Of a stretch of DNA of 64,000 nt, positions 9,707 to 18,532 are shown in pieces. Made by a program: the position numbers and the translations under genes. Origin of the DNA: Eubacteriales bacterium (GTDB lineage Bacteria; Bacillota; Clostridia; Oscillospirales; UMGS1783); assembly GCA_045594545.1 (NCBI GenBank), contig JAZNYQ010000050.1, positions 194 through 64,193 of the forward strand, read 5' to 3'. Positions within the stretch are counted from its first letter, which is position 1. Every line of letters starts with the position of its first letter. A model generated the notes under the pieces. It was given only the letters and a program-made list of their open reading frames with translations, had not been told where the DNA came from and did no database searches.

Positions 9707-10489
9707 ATGAAAAAATCGGTTTTTGTAACAGGTGCCCACGACGGTACGGGGTTTGCCATCGCTTGCCGCTTTGCCAAAGAAGGGTACGATGTTTTTGTGG
9801 GCAGTCGAGAGCAATCCAAAGCAGATACTGCTGCAAAAAAAATACAGGAAAAATACGGCACATTTTCAAAAGGCTATGCCTATCAGACCGCATCGCTCGC
9901 AGAAGATGAGGTGAAGGCCATCTTTGCCGATATTAAAAATAACGGCTATTTGTTGGATACGCTTGTATTAAACGCAGCGAATCTTGGTATCGGTCAAGTA
10001 AGCTTGGATGTTGACATTCAAGACTTTATGAGTGTCTATACCACCAATATTGGTTGGAATTTCTTAATGGCAAGAGAAGCAGCCAAACAGATGATGGAAA
10101 AGAGATCAGGCGCTATTGTTTTTATTGGTTCAAACTCCTCCCTGCGAGTAACAGAAAACCGATGCGCCTACTGCTCCTCTAAAAGCGCTATCAATGCAAT
10201 GTCCAAATCGTTTGCTGTAGACTGGGGAAAATACGGCATACGCTCAAACTGTGTTTTACCCGGTATGATCAAAACAGAACGCTGGGAAAATAATGAGAAC
10301 AACTGCAAATACTGCTTGCCTAACTACACACCAATTGAAGATATTGCTTCCTTTGAAGATGTTGCCAATGCTGCATGGTATTTAGGAAGCAATGAATCTC
10401 TCAATACAACAGGAGCAGAAATTATTGTTGACGGTGGTATGCTTGCTCAACTTACACCCAATATCAATAGAGAACTTTGGAAAAAATGA
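9707..10489 (+). CDS. SDR family oxidoreductase (candidate sugar 1-dehydrogenase)
   Basis: ORF 9563..10489, trimmed to ATG 9707 (GGAGG at 9694-9698). TGAHDGTGFAIA Rossmann motif and YCSSK catalytic Tyr/Lys. Confidence 0.85.
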   Translation: MKKSVFVTGAHDGTGFAIACRFAKEGYDVFVGSREQSKADTAAKKIQEKYGTFSKGYAYQTASLAEDEVKAIFADIKNNGYLLDTLVLNAANLGIGQVSLDVDIQDFMSVYTTNIGWNFLMAREAAKQMMEKRSGAIVFIGSNSSLRVTENRCAYCSSKSAINAMSKSFAVDWGKYGIRSNCVLPGMIKTERWENNENNCKYCLPNYTPIEDIASFEDVANAAWYLGSNESLNTTGAEIIVDGGMLAQLTPNINRELWKK

Positions 10490-10497
10490 GGTGCTCC

Positions 10498-11259
10498 ATG
10501 CAAAATATAATTAAAAATTTTAAAAACAAACTTCACTCCGACGGCGTAATCGGTTTTTTTTCAAAAACATGCGATCCCGCGGTGATTGAAGTAATGGGCT
10601 ATGCCGGGGCAGATTTTGCCATTATTGATTTAGAACATGGTCCCAATACCGTACAGAATACACAAAATCTGATCCGTGCTGCCCAAGTTTCCGGTTTGAT
10701 GCCAATTGTTCGGATAAAAGAAAGTTGTGCCTCTGTTTTAGGAGAAGTGTTGGATATTGGCGCAGGCGGCGTTCAAGTGCCTCAAATCGGATCAAGAGAA
10801 GAAGCAAAATCTGTTATCCAACGCGCCAAATTTTCCCCCATGGGTGAGCGAGGCGTTTGCCGTTTTGTGAGAGCCGCCAACTACTCAGCTACAGACCGTT
10901 TTGAATATTTTAAAAATGCCAATGAAACGGTTATCATTCTTCAGATCGAAGGCCAAGCGGGAATAGACAATATCGACGATATCATTTCCCTTAAAGGAAT
11001 TGATGCCATTTTTATCGGGCCTTATGATCTTTCCCAATCCCTTGGCGTACCGGGACAGATTGACCATCCCCTTGTGGTAGAAAAAATGCTTGAAATCGTC
11101 CAAAAATGCAAGGCATTTAACATAACCGTAGGAACCTTTGTAGACACTATTGAAAATGCAAAAAAATGGAGGGATCTAGGAGTAAAATACCTGGCTTACT
11201 CTGTAGATATGGGTATTTTTCACGATGCTGTTAAAGAAATCATCGAAAAACTTTATTGA
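10498..11259 (+). CDS. HpcH/HpaI family (class II) 2-keto-3-deoxy-acid aldolase
   Basis: ORF 10477..11259, trimmed to ATG 10498 (GAGGTG RBS). Family signatures GADFAIIDLEHGP and GPYDLSQSLG. Confidence 0.8.
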   Translation: MQNIIKNFKNKLHSDGVIGFFSKTCDPAVIEVMGYAGADFAIIDLEHGPNTVQNTQNLIRAAQVSGLMPIVRIKESCASVLGEVLDIGAGGVQVPQIGSREEAKSVIQRAKFSPMGERGVCRFVRAANYSATDRFEYFKNANETVIILQIEGQAGIDNIDDIISLKGIDAIFIGPYDLSQSLGVPGQIDHPLVVEKMLEIVQKCKAFNITVGTFVDTIENAKKWRDLGVKYLAYSVDMGIFHDAVKEIIEKLY

Positions 11260-11410
11260 TACCCGTCAATCCACCAACCATATTATTGCTCTGTCGAACA
11301 TAATCGATGGTTACAAACTATCCGTAACCATAACATCTATTTTCAGTAAAAAAGAAGGACAAAGAACAGTTCTGCATCCTAATTTGTTGGCCCTATACCT
11401 GACACACTCG

Positions 11411-11481
11411 TGTCCGGCTAGCCCATCCTGCAGAACGGGCGCATCATCGGTAATATGCTCGACGCCGACGACCTGTCTTAA
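11411..11481 (+). pseudogene. decayed fragment of the spoIVB 3' end
   Basis: 11411-11450 matches 4781-4820 at 35/40 nt, and 11451-11483 matches 4878-4910 at 30/33 nt. There is an in-frame TAG at 11419-11421 and a 57-nt internal deletion relative to the intact gene. No upstream coding sequence. Confidence 0.75.
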
Positions 11482-11487
11482 TTCCCT

Positions 11488-11518
11488 GCCGCATCCAACG
11501 ACCGGATGCGGCATTTTT
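11488..11518 (+). terminator. rho-independent terminator following the spoIVB remnant
   Basis: gccgcatcc / ggatgcggc stem with a 7-nt loop, followed by aTTTTT. Confidence 0.7.
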
Positions 11519-11615
11519 CTATCCTTTTCCCACCATCCCGACATTTCCCCACCTTTCTCTGCCTTTTGCGACAAAAAGATTTTTCCATATTTTCCATTTT
11601 TTTCTAATTTTGTAC

Positions 11616-11644
11616 TTGAAAAATTTTCCAGTATGATGTATAAT
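11616..11644 (+). promoter_or_regulatory. sigma-A type promoter upstream of spo0A
   Basis: TTGAAA (11616-11621), 17-nt spacer, TATAAT (11639-11644), about 35 nt upstream of ATG 11680. Confidence 0.6.
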
Positions 11645-11679
11645 CCTTTCATAAAATTACAAATTTTGGAGGAAACATC

Positions 11680-12444
11680 ATGGAAAACACGATAAAAGTC
11701 ATAATGGCCGATGCCGGTCAGGAGTTCTGCGACCGAACGGCCCAGTTGTTGCGTGACAAAGGATTTGACGTCTGCGCAACCGAAACCGACGGCAGTCGGC
11801 TATTGCAGAGCATTGAGAAGCATCAGCCGCAGGTTGTCATTCTGGATCTGGCCCTACCCTCATTGGATGGCTTTCAGGTCATCCGCCAAACCGAGAAATT
11901 ACATTTGCAAAATCCGCCCGCTTTTATTGTGCTAACCTCCTTTACCAGCAACGATGTGATGCGGGATGCCGCTCAAAGCGGTGTCTCCTATTTTATTCTC
12001 AAGCCCTTTGATGTACAGGCCATGTGTGAGCGGATCATTCAGTGCGCCGCGCCCTGTGCCGAGGCCGACAAGACGGGACACATCGACCCGGCCAAACTGG
12101 AAGTCCGCATCACCGAGGTAATCTTAGATGTCGGCATCCCCGCCCATATCAAAGGCTACCGCTATCTGCGCTCGGCCATCATGATGGCGGTCAATGACAT
12201 TTCCATGATGTCGGGCGTCACCAAGATTTTATACCCTACCATCGCCGAGCAATATGCCACCACACCATCCCGCGTCGAGCGTGCCATCCGCCACGCCATT
12301 GAGGTGGCGTGGGATCGCGGCAATATCGACACCCTCCACAGCCTGTTCGGCTACAGCATTAACACCGCCAAGGGTAAACCCACCAACTCCGAATTCATCG
12401 CCATGATCGCCGACAAACTCCGCCTTTCCATGAAATCCGCATAA
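11680..12444 (+). CDS. spo0A: sporulation master regulator Spo0A
   Basis: 254 aa. Receiver domain ([13 protein letters not shown]) plus the diagnostic Spo0A C-terminal domain ([33 protein letters not shown]). GGAGG RBS. Confidence 0.95.
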   Translation: MENTIKVIMADAGQEFCDRTAQLLRDKGFDVCATETDGSRLLQSIEKHQPQVVILDLALPSLDGFQVIRQTEKLHLQNPPAFIVLTSFTSNDVMRDAAQSGVSYFILKPFDVQAMCERIIQCAAPCAEADKTGHIDPAKLEVRITEVILDVGIPAHIKGYRYLRSAIMMAVNDISMMSGVTKILYPTIAEQYATTPSRVERAIRHAIEVAWDRGNIDTLHSLFGYSINTAKGKPTNSEFIAMIADKLRLSMKSA

Positions 12445-12475
12445 AAAAGAGGTCTGCCGATGCAGACCTCTTTTT
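12443..12475. terminator. bidirectional terminator between spo0A and the araC-family gene
   Basis: agaggtctgc / gcagacctct stem with a cgat loop, A-run before and T5 after. Confidence 0.75.
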
Positions 12476-13232
12476 AATAGCGGGATGGCGATTTCCCCGT
12501 TCGTTTCTTGAAAAAGGTGGAAAAATAGTGCAAGGAAGAAAATCCGCAGAGAGCCGCCACCTCACCGATCTTATGCGTTTTCAGGTTCAGTAATTGCTTG
12601 GCACGTTCCAGCCGCGCCTGCAACAGATCATCCATGGGACTGACGCCAAACCATTGTTTATACCGTGCACAAAAATGGCTGACCGAATAGCCGGAGCACC
12701 TCGCCATATCCTCCAGCGTCCATGGATGCTGACAGTTTTTATACAGTTCCATGCGAACCGAATGAACCGGACCGTATCCGTCATGCTCTTGCTTCTCATA
12801 TTCCATACGGGAACGATCCAACAATGTCAGCAACCCATAAATCTGATGCGAGATGAGAGCATCGCTGAAGGAATCCCGCCGAGCCGCTTCACTATGAATC
12901 TGCGCCAGATACTCCGCAAACCGGTCGGTTCCGTCATCAGGTATCGGCGTATCATACGGCAACTGCCGCAAAAATTCCGCCTCGGCCTCGTCGGCCTTAA
13001 AAAAAATCCAATCATTGATAAATCCAACACCCTTTACCGCCGACCCGTGCAATGCATCGGTATGGGGTGCATGCAGTACCATATCCCCCGCTTTCCCGTA
13101 GCGGGTCTGCCCACCAACCTGTATAAAAAAATCATTGCGAAAGCGCATCAGCAGATAATGATCCGAACATCCCCGCCAGACATAGCCTTTGCGATGCCCT
13201 GTCCGAATCATACTAAAATGATAGTAAAACAT
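12474..13232 (-). CDS. AraC family transcriptional regulator
   Basis: ORF 12474..13253, trimmed to ATG 13232 (GAGGG RBS). C-terminal HTH (VAALCGFSSLHYFSTFFKKRTGKSPSRY). Confidence 0.8.
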   Translation of the reverse strand: MFYYHFSMIRTGHRKGYVWRGCSDHYLLMRFRNDFFIQVGGQTRYGKAGDMVLHAPHTDALHGSAVKGVGFINDWIFFKADEAEAEFLRQLPYDTPIPDDGTDRFAEYLAQIHSEAARRDSFSDALISHQIYGLLTLLDRSRMEYEKQEHDGYGPVHSVRMELYKNCQHPWTLEDMARCSGYSVSHFCARYKQWFGVSPMDDLLQARLERAKQLLNLKTHKIGEVAALCGFSSLHYFSTFFKKRTGKSPSRY

Positions 13233-13352
13233 GAGAAATACCCTCATTATCATAAGATATTATAAATTTTATATAAAGATAATAACATAATACAAAGACA
13301 AAAACAAGCCTCCTTAATATAATAAACTTAAAACTATATGGAGGTGTCTTTC

Positions 13353-14564
13353 ATGAAACACGACAATAAATTCGGCATGTTCATCCATTGGGGCATCTAC
13401 GCGCTGACCGGTTTACAGGATCAGGCATTGCAACGCTTTCAAATGGATCATACAGAGTACGATGATCTGATGCATCAATTCAATCCCGTCAAATACGATC
13501 CGGAGCAATGGGTGTTGCTGGCCAAAGAAGCCGGCATGAAATACATCTGCTTCACCACTAAGCACCACGATGGCTTTTGCATGTGGGACACTAAGTACAC
13601 CGATTTTAAGATCACCAATACCCCTTACGGTAAGGATGTTCTGAAAATGCTGGCCGAAGCCTGCCAAAAGCATGGCATGCTGTTGTCTTTGTACTATTCC
13701 AACCCCGACTGGAACCATCCCTATGGATTTAATCCCTACACCCCCTTCGCCAAGGTTTGGCGCCTCAGTTGCTCCCATCCCGATCAACAGGATACGGTTA
13801 TCTATCGCCAATACATCAAAAATCAGATTACTGAACTGTTAACTCAATACGGCCCCGTCTATACCTTGTTCTGGGATATTCCGCCGGGAATTGAAGATCC
13901 CTCTCTCAATGAATTGGCGCGCAAGTTGCAGCCGAATATCCTCATTAATGATCGCGGCTGGAGTCAGGGCGATTTCGGAACACCCGAGCGTGAATACGAT
14001 ACCATTACCAACTCTTACTTTGAGTCCATGACTGAAGCTTGCAACTCGGTCGACCAGCAAAGTTGGGGCTTCCGTACACAACCCGACTTCTATTCCCTTC
14101 GTCACCTGAACTGTGCCATCGACCGTTTCATGAGCATGGGCGCCAACTATCTGCTCAACGTCGGCCCTTCCCCCGAAGGCGAGATTACCGAAGAATACGC
14201 CGATCGCATTCGTCGCATCGGAAACTGGTATAACCGTATGGAAGGCTGCTTGGAACAAGCACAGCCCGACCCCCTCAACTATCAGCCCCGTGACTGCAAA
14301 TGCGTTGCCACCATAAAAAACGGCAAAACCTACCTGCATTTCCATGACGGAATTCCATCAACTGCCGTCTCTCTGGAAAACTACCCCAACACACCCAAAT
14401 CGGTACGGTTGATGAATACCAACACGCAGCTACCCTTCTCTCTGGACCTGCTCCCCGAATTCCGTGGCGGCATGGGTATTTGCGATCGAAAATTCCTGCA
14501 TATCATGGATATTCCCGTGGATGATCTGGCAAACGAACCGATTGTATTGGAAATTACTTGGTAA
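13353..14564 (+). CDS. alpha-L-fucosidase (GH29), no signal peptide
   Basis: ORF 13338..14564, trimmed to ATG 13353 (GGAGG at 13340-13344). FGMFIHWGIYA and TKHHDGFCMWDT GH29 motifs. Confidence 0.85.
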   Translation: MKHDNKFGMFIHWGIYALTGLQDQALQRFQMDHTEYDDLMHQFNPVKYDPEQWVLLAKEAGMKYICFTTKHHDGFCMWDTKYTDFKITNTPYGKDVLKMLAEACQKHGMLLSLYYSNPDWNHPYGFNPYTPFAKVWRLSCSHPDQQDTVIYRQYIKNQITELLTQYGPVYTLFWDIPPGIEDPSLNELARKLQPNILINDRGWSQGDFGTPEREYDTITNSYFESMTEACNSVDQQSWGFRTQPDFYSLRHLNCAIDRFMSMGANYLLNVGPSPEGEITEEYADRIRRIGNWYNRMEGCLEQAQPDPLNYQPRDCKCVATIKNGKTYLHFHDGIPSTAVSLENYPNTPKSVRLMNTNTQLPFSLDLLPEFRGGMGICDRKFLHIMDIPVDDLANEPIVLEITW

Positions 14565-14567
14565 ACG

Positions 14568-14602
14568 AATAACGACCTGTCCGCCGACAGGTCGTTATTT
14601 TT
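14568..14602. terminator. bidirectional terminator between the fucosidase and yolD-like genes
   Basis: 14-bp perfect stem aataacgacctgtc / gacaggtcgttatt followed by a T-run. It overlaps the yolD-like stop. Confidence 0.75.
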
Positions 14603-14984
14603 CTACATCAAATATGTTTTCAATTAAAATCTCTTGCCCGTTATCCAGCCCCAGACAACGCCGATGCTCGTCAATCCGCAAAAGCGTGGCTCGCACCCGC
14701 AGATAGGCGCCGCCCTCTTTTTTTTCATCGGGCTGAAAATAGGTGATGCACACCGCCTGCCCCACCGACTCCCGCATCCGCTCATCGAGCACCGCCTTGC
14801 GGTTCTCGTCCAGTTCAATGCGCGGCTGGGTCACCCGTGCCGCCTCCTGCACCATCGCCTCATAGCCGTTGATGGCGGCAAAGGGCGAAAAACGCGCCGC
14901 CCGATCTTCCATCGAGGCTTGTGGATGGTTTTGGGATACCGGGCGTTCCCGCCCGATAATATCTTCGTAGGGAAATCCACTCAT
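14595..14984 (-). CDS. YolD-like protein
   Basis: 129 aa. RFSPFAAINGYEAM motif typical of YolD-like partners of Y-family polymerases. ATGA overlap with the polymerase gene. Confidence 0.7.
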   Translation of the reverse strand: MSGFPYEDIIGRERPVSQNHPQASMEDRAARFSPFAAINGYEAMVQEAARVTQPRIELDENRKAVLDERMRESVGQAVCITYFQPDEKKEGGAYLRVRATLLRIDEHRRCLGLDNGQEILIENIFDVEK

Positions 14985-16435
14985 GCCTTGTGCCCTCCGA
15001 TCGTATGATTGCGCTCGGTCGCCGTCGCTCCCTCTTTGAGGTTGGTGCCCTTGAGAATGGCATTGGGCCCGAACCTGCTCTTAATGCCGATCACCGCCTT
15101 TTGCATCCGACGCTCCCGCTCCAAGGTCTTCTCGGCCTGCGCCGACTCAAAGAGAGTCATCTGCTGCACCTGCTTGTCTACCTCTTGCTCCGACAGCAAA
15201 TGATTGGCCGTCACATACAGACGGCGAATGAGCAGTTTTTTGTTGATGATGCGGTCAAACAGCGCCAAGGTCTTATCGGTGATCTGTTTGGTGGACGAGG
15301 TGTATCCGTCCAGATTGGCCGTTCCGTGAGCGTGACGGGGCACCTTGCGCCCGTATCGGTCAATATCCACCTGTCCCTTAAAGGATGCCGTTACGTTTTC
15401 AATATCGTAGCCAATATGCAACACGATCTGATCGGTCATCAGCCCTTGATCCACCAGCCCTAGCACCAGATTATCCACCATCTCCCGCACAATGATACGG
15501 GTCTCGGCCGCCGTGTAGGGGCGTTGCAACACCTGCCCCGAACTGACACTCGTCGATTCGGGACGGTAGGCTTTAATATCGGCAATGCCGACCGACTCCC
15601 AACCCCACGCCTGATCGATAATGTACTGCGCGTTCTTGCCAAACTCTTTATAGAGCCGCTCCTCATCGGTCAGCGAACAGCGGGCAATATCCCCCATGGT
15701 ATATAACCCCATCACCTTCAGCCGCTCGGAAATGCCGGCGCCGATCATCCAGAAATCGGTCAGGTTCGGGTGGGTCCACAACTGCCGACGGTAGGACATT
15801 TCATCCAGTTCGGCGATCCGCACCCCGTATTCGTCGCTGGGAATATGCTTGGCCGTAATATCCAAAGCCACCTTGCACAAGTACATATTCGGGCCAATAC
15901 CCGCCGTGGCGGTAATGCCCGTCTGCTGCAAAACATCCTGAATGATCTTGCGGGCAAATTCCCGTGCCGTCATCCCGCTGCGGCGCAGATAGGCGGTGGC
16001 ATCAATAAACACCTCGTCAATGCTGTAGGCATACAGATCTTCAGGCGATACATGCTGGAAATAAATCTTAACAATATCGGTACTGTACTGCCGATAGAGC
16101 GCCATACGGGGCGGAGCGGCAATGTAATCCACCGCCAAGGACGAATTCTTTTTCAATTCGGTATCGTCAAAGGAGGAACCCGTAAATTCCCCGCCCAACG
16201 CCTGCCTGCGCGCCTGATTGGCTTTCCTTACCTGTTCCACCGCTTCAAACAAGCGGGCACGTCCCGAAATGCCGTAACTTTTTAGAGTGGGGCTGACCGC
16301 CAGACATATGGTCTTCTCGGTCTTGGCCGCATCGGCCACCAGTAAATTGGTCGTCAGCGGATCCAGCCCCCGCTCAACACACTCCACACTGGCGTAAAAC
16401 GATTTGAGATCTATGGCAATATAGGTCTTGTCCAT
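14981..16435 (-). CDS. Y-family DNA polymerase (UmuC/DinB/UvrX-like)
   Basis: 484 aa. N-terminus MDKTYIAIDLKSFYASVECVERGLDP and SIDEVFID catalytic motifs. Confidence 0.9.
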   Translation of the reverse strand: MDKTYIAIDLKSFYASVECVERGLDPLTTNLLVADAAKTEKTICLAVSPTLKSYGISGRARLFEAVEQVRKANQARRQALGGEFTGSSFDDTELKKNSSLAVDYIAAPPRMALYRQYSTDIVKIYFQHVSPEDLYAYSIDEVFIDATAYLRRSGMTAREFARKIIQDVLQQTGITATAGIGPNMYLCKVALDITAKHIPSDEYGVRIAELDEMSYRRQLWTHPNLTDFWMIGAGISERLKVMGLYTMGDIARCSLTDEERLYKEFGKNAQYIIDQAWGWESVGIADIKAYRPESTSVSSGQVLQRPYTAAETRIIVREMVDNLVLGLVDQGLMTDQIVLHIGYDIENVTASFKGQVDIDRYGRKVPRHAHGTANLDGYTSSTKQITDKTLALFDRIINKKLLIRRLYVTANHLLSEQEVDKQVQQMTLFESAQAEKTLERERRMQKAVIGIKSRFGPNAILKGTNLKEGATATERNHTIGGHKA

Positions 16436-16453
16436 CGTCTTACCCCCTCACGT

Positions 16454-17143
16454 TTACGCCGTGCGGCGTCGTAGTATTAAAACCGCTCCGCACAGCAACA
16501 TCGGCAACCCGATCATCCATGCGGCACGCCCTAAAAATGTCATAATAAAATTCGAGAAAAACTGCGCCGGAAACATATTGATCATAATACTGGTATTCGG
16601 ATCCATCAGCCACAGATCGTTGGTAAAGAGCAGTTTATGAAAACTCGTCCAGAAGGAAGAAAAATCCAACGCCGCCCATAACCCTAATATACCAAAGACG
16701 ATGACCAAGCATACACCCGCCGTCAATACGATCTTACAGATCCGACGGATCCGCTGTTGGTGGCAGACAAAGAAAAAGGATATCAGCGCCGCACCTGCCA
16801 CGCCGAAAGCGATATACCGAAAGGTCGAAAATCCCTTAATTAAGCGATTGACGTCCTGCATATGTACCGTTTCCTGCTCGTTGAAGACTTCCCGCTCGAC
16901 CCCGTTGACGGTAGCCACAACCACCATATCCTCGCTCTTGCCCTCCATGTGAAGCAGCAGTTTATCGGTGGTACGCATCAGGTCTTCCTGCGTCATGCCA
17001 ATTACTTCGGCCTGTCCGTATTTCTCATACTGCTCGGCAAAAAAGCGACGGTCGAACATCAGGCCTTCCAATATACTGTAGAGCACCCCTACGATCAACA
17101 GCATCGCCGCCAACACATATACGGCATACCAACGTCGTTTCAT
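16454..17143 (-). CDS. TIGR01906/DUF1461-like integral membrane protein
   Basis: 229 aa. N-terminal TM, soluble segment, then 3-4 C-terminal TM helices. The family assignment is from memory of the architecture only. Confidence 0.55.
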   Translation of the reverse strand: MKRRWYAVYVLAAMLLIVGVLYSILEGLMFDRRFFAEQYEKYGQAEVIGMTQEDLMRTTDKLLLHMEGKSEDMVVVATVNGVEREVFNEQETVHMQDVNRLIKGFSTFRYIAFGVAGAALISFFFVCHQQRIRRICKIVLTAGVCLVIVFGILGLWAALDFSSFWTSFHKLLFTNDLWLMDPNTSIMINMFPAQFFSNFIMTFLGRAAWMIGLPMLLCGAVLILRRRTA

Positions 17144-17146
17144 ATG

Positions 17147-17527
17147 TTACCCCAATAGATAAAAGAATAATCCCATAAGGAAAAAGATTCCGCCTACGGC
17201 AAAGACCGATACGGGGCATTTCACCGTACGCAGTACGATATCCCCCGGTCGGTCTGGATCATATCCGATCGCTACGGTATCTCCCGGCGCCACATCAAAA
17301 TCGGCATGGGCGGCATTGACCTTCGCCTTTACCGTTCTCTCACCGTTTTGATATTCTACGATCAGTACCGTATCTCTCTCGCCCGAGCCGAGCATAATGC
17401 GCTCAAGCACCGTGGCCTGCGCCGTGATGCCTTTTTGGCTCTTGCGTTTCATCCGCCACCACAAAAGCAGACCGCCCAATTCCAGTACCAACACCAAGAC
17501 AAAGAAAATAATACTCAATTCCTTCAT
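17147..17527 (-). CDS. DUF3592-like membrane protein
   Basis: 126 aa with a TM, beta-rich domain, TM layout. 4-nt overlap with the trxB stop. Confidence 0.5.
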   Translation of the reverse strand: MKELSIIFFVLVLVLELGGLLLWWRMKRKSQKGITAQATVLERIMLGSGERDTVLIVEYQNGERTVKAKVNAAHADFDVAPGDTVAIGYDPDRPGDIVLRTVKCPVSVFAVGGIFFLMGLFFYLLG

Positions 17528-18438
17528 GCAGGGTTTTCCTCAAGATAAGCGACCGCCGCTGTGGCCGCTACCGCGCCATCGGCACAAGCCGTCACAATCT
17601 GTTTGATGGGACCGCGGCGCACATCACCGGCGGCAAACACGCCGGCTACGTTAGTTTTGCAATCTTCTCCTGCATCAATATAGCCGTTATCCAGCGCTAC
17701 CGCATCGGCCACCGCCGCCGTAGCGGGCAAGGTTCCAACCGCCACAAACACGCCCGATACCGCAAGGGTGCGCTCGGTTTTATCCGCCACCGAGGCGACC
17801 GCCAACCCCTCCACCTGCATCGTTCCCTCTATCCGCACGGGAGTATGCGAAAGCACCAGTTCAATGTTCGATTTGGCGCGCACCTGTTTTTCCAGCGCCG
17901 CCACACCGCGGAAGGCATCTCTGCGGTGCACCAGATATACCTTTTCGCACAGGTTGGCCAAATACAGGGCATCTTCCAGCGCCGTATTGCCCCCGCCGAC
18001 AACCGCTACCGTCTTTCCCTTGAAAAAGCCGCCGTCACAGGTAGCGCAATAGGACACACCGCTGCCCATCAATTCGGCTTCACCGGGAATATCCAACTGC
18101 CGCTTCTTGGCGCCGCTGGCAATGATGACGGCACGCCCCTGATAGGTGCGATCGCCCGCAAAGACGGTCTTAACATTACCGGAAAAATCCACGCCCGTAA
18201 TCTCATCATAGGCCATTTCCGCGCCACATTCTGCGGCCTGCTCGGCCATCTTGGCCGTCAGATCCGGACCGGTAATGTTAACAAAACCGGGGTAGTTGGC
18301 CACTTCATAGGTGGTCGCCGCCTGCCCACCGGGGAAGAGCGACTCGATCATAAGGGTACTCAGCCCCGCGCGACCGGCATAAATGCCGGCAGTAAGGCCG
18401 GCCGGACCGGCGCCGATAATTAACAGATCGTATATCAT
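17524..18438 (-). CDS. trxB: thioredoxin-disulfide reductase
   Basis: 304 aa. GAGPAG FAD motif, CATCDG redox-active disulfide, GGGNTA NADPH motif. Confidence 0.92.
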   Translation of the reverse strand: MIYDLLIIGAGPAGLTAGIYAGRAGLSTLMIESLFPGGQAATTYEVANYPGFVNITGPDLTAKMAEQAAECGAEMAYDEITGVDFSGNVKTVFAGDRTYQGRAVIIASGAKKRQLDIPGEAELMGSGVSYCATCDGGFFKGKTVAVVGGGNTALEDALYLANLCEKVYLVHRRDAFRGVAALEKQVRAKSNIELVLSHTPVRIEGTMQVEGLAVASVADKTERTLAVSGVFVAVGTLPATAAVADAVALDNGYIDAGEDCKTNVAGVFAAGDVRRGPIKQIVTACADGAVAATAAVAYLEENPA

Positions 18439-18493
18439 AATAGCCTCCGCAACTCTTTTTTATTAGTATACCACACTTTTCCGAAAAAGGAAA

Positions 18494-18525
18494 TAAAAAA
18501 TCCTCAGAACCAAAGTTCTGAGGAT
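18494..18525 (-). terminator. rho-independent terminator after the divIC-like gene
   Basis: atcctcagaac / gttctgaggat stem, followed by a T-run on the minus strand. Confidence 0.7.
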
Positions 18526-18532
18526 AGGATTC

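Noticed and set aside
11292-11298. Perfect Spo0A box TGTCGAA about 385 bp upstream of spo0A.
   Set aside because: A single 7-mer is expected by chance in a window of this size. It also lies upstream of the remnant terminator, far from the predicted spo0A promoter.
11225-11695. ORFs 11225..11695(+) and 11311..11652(-) in the spoIVB-remnant / spo0A leader region.
   Set aside because: Neither has an RBS, and both give compositionally odd translations. The region is better explained as the spoIVB 3' remnant, its terminator and the spo0A promoter.
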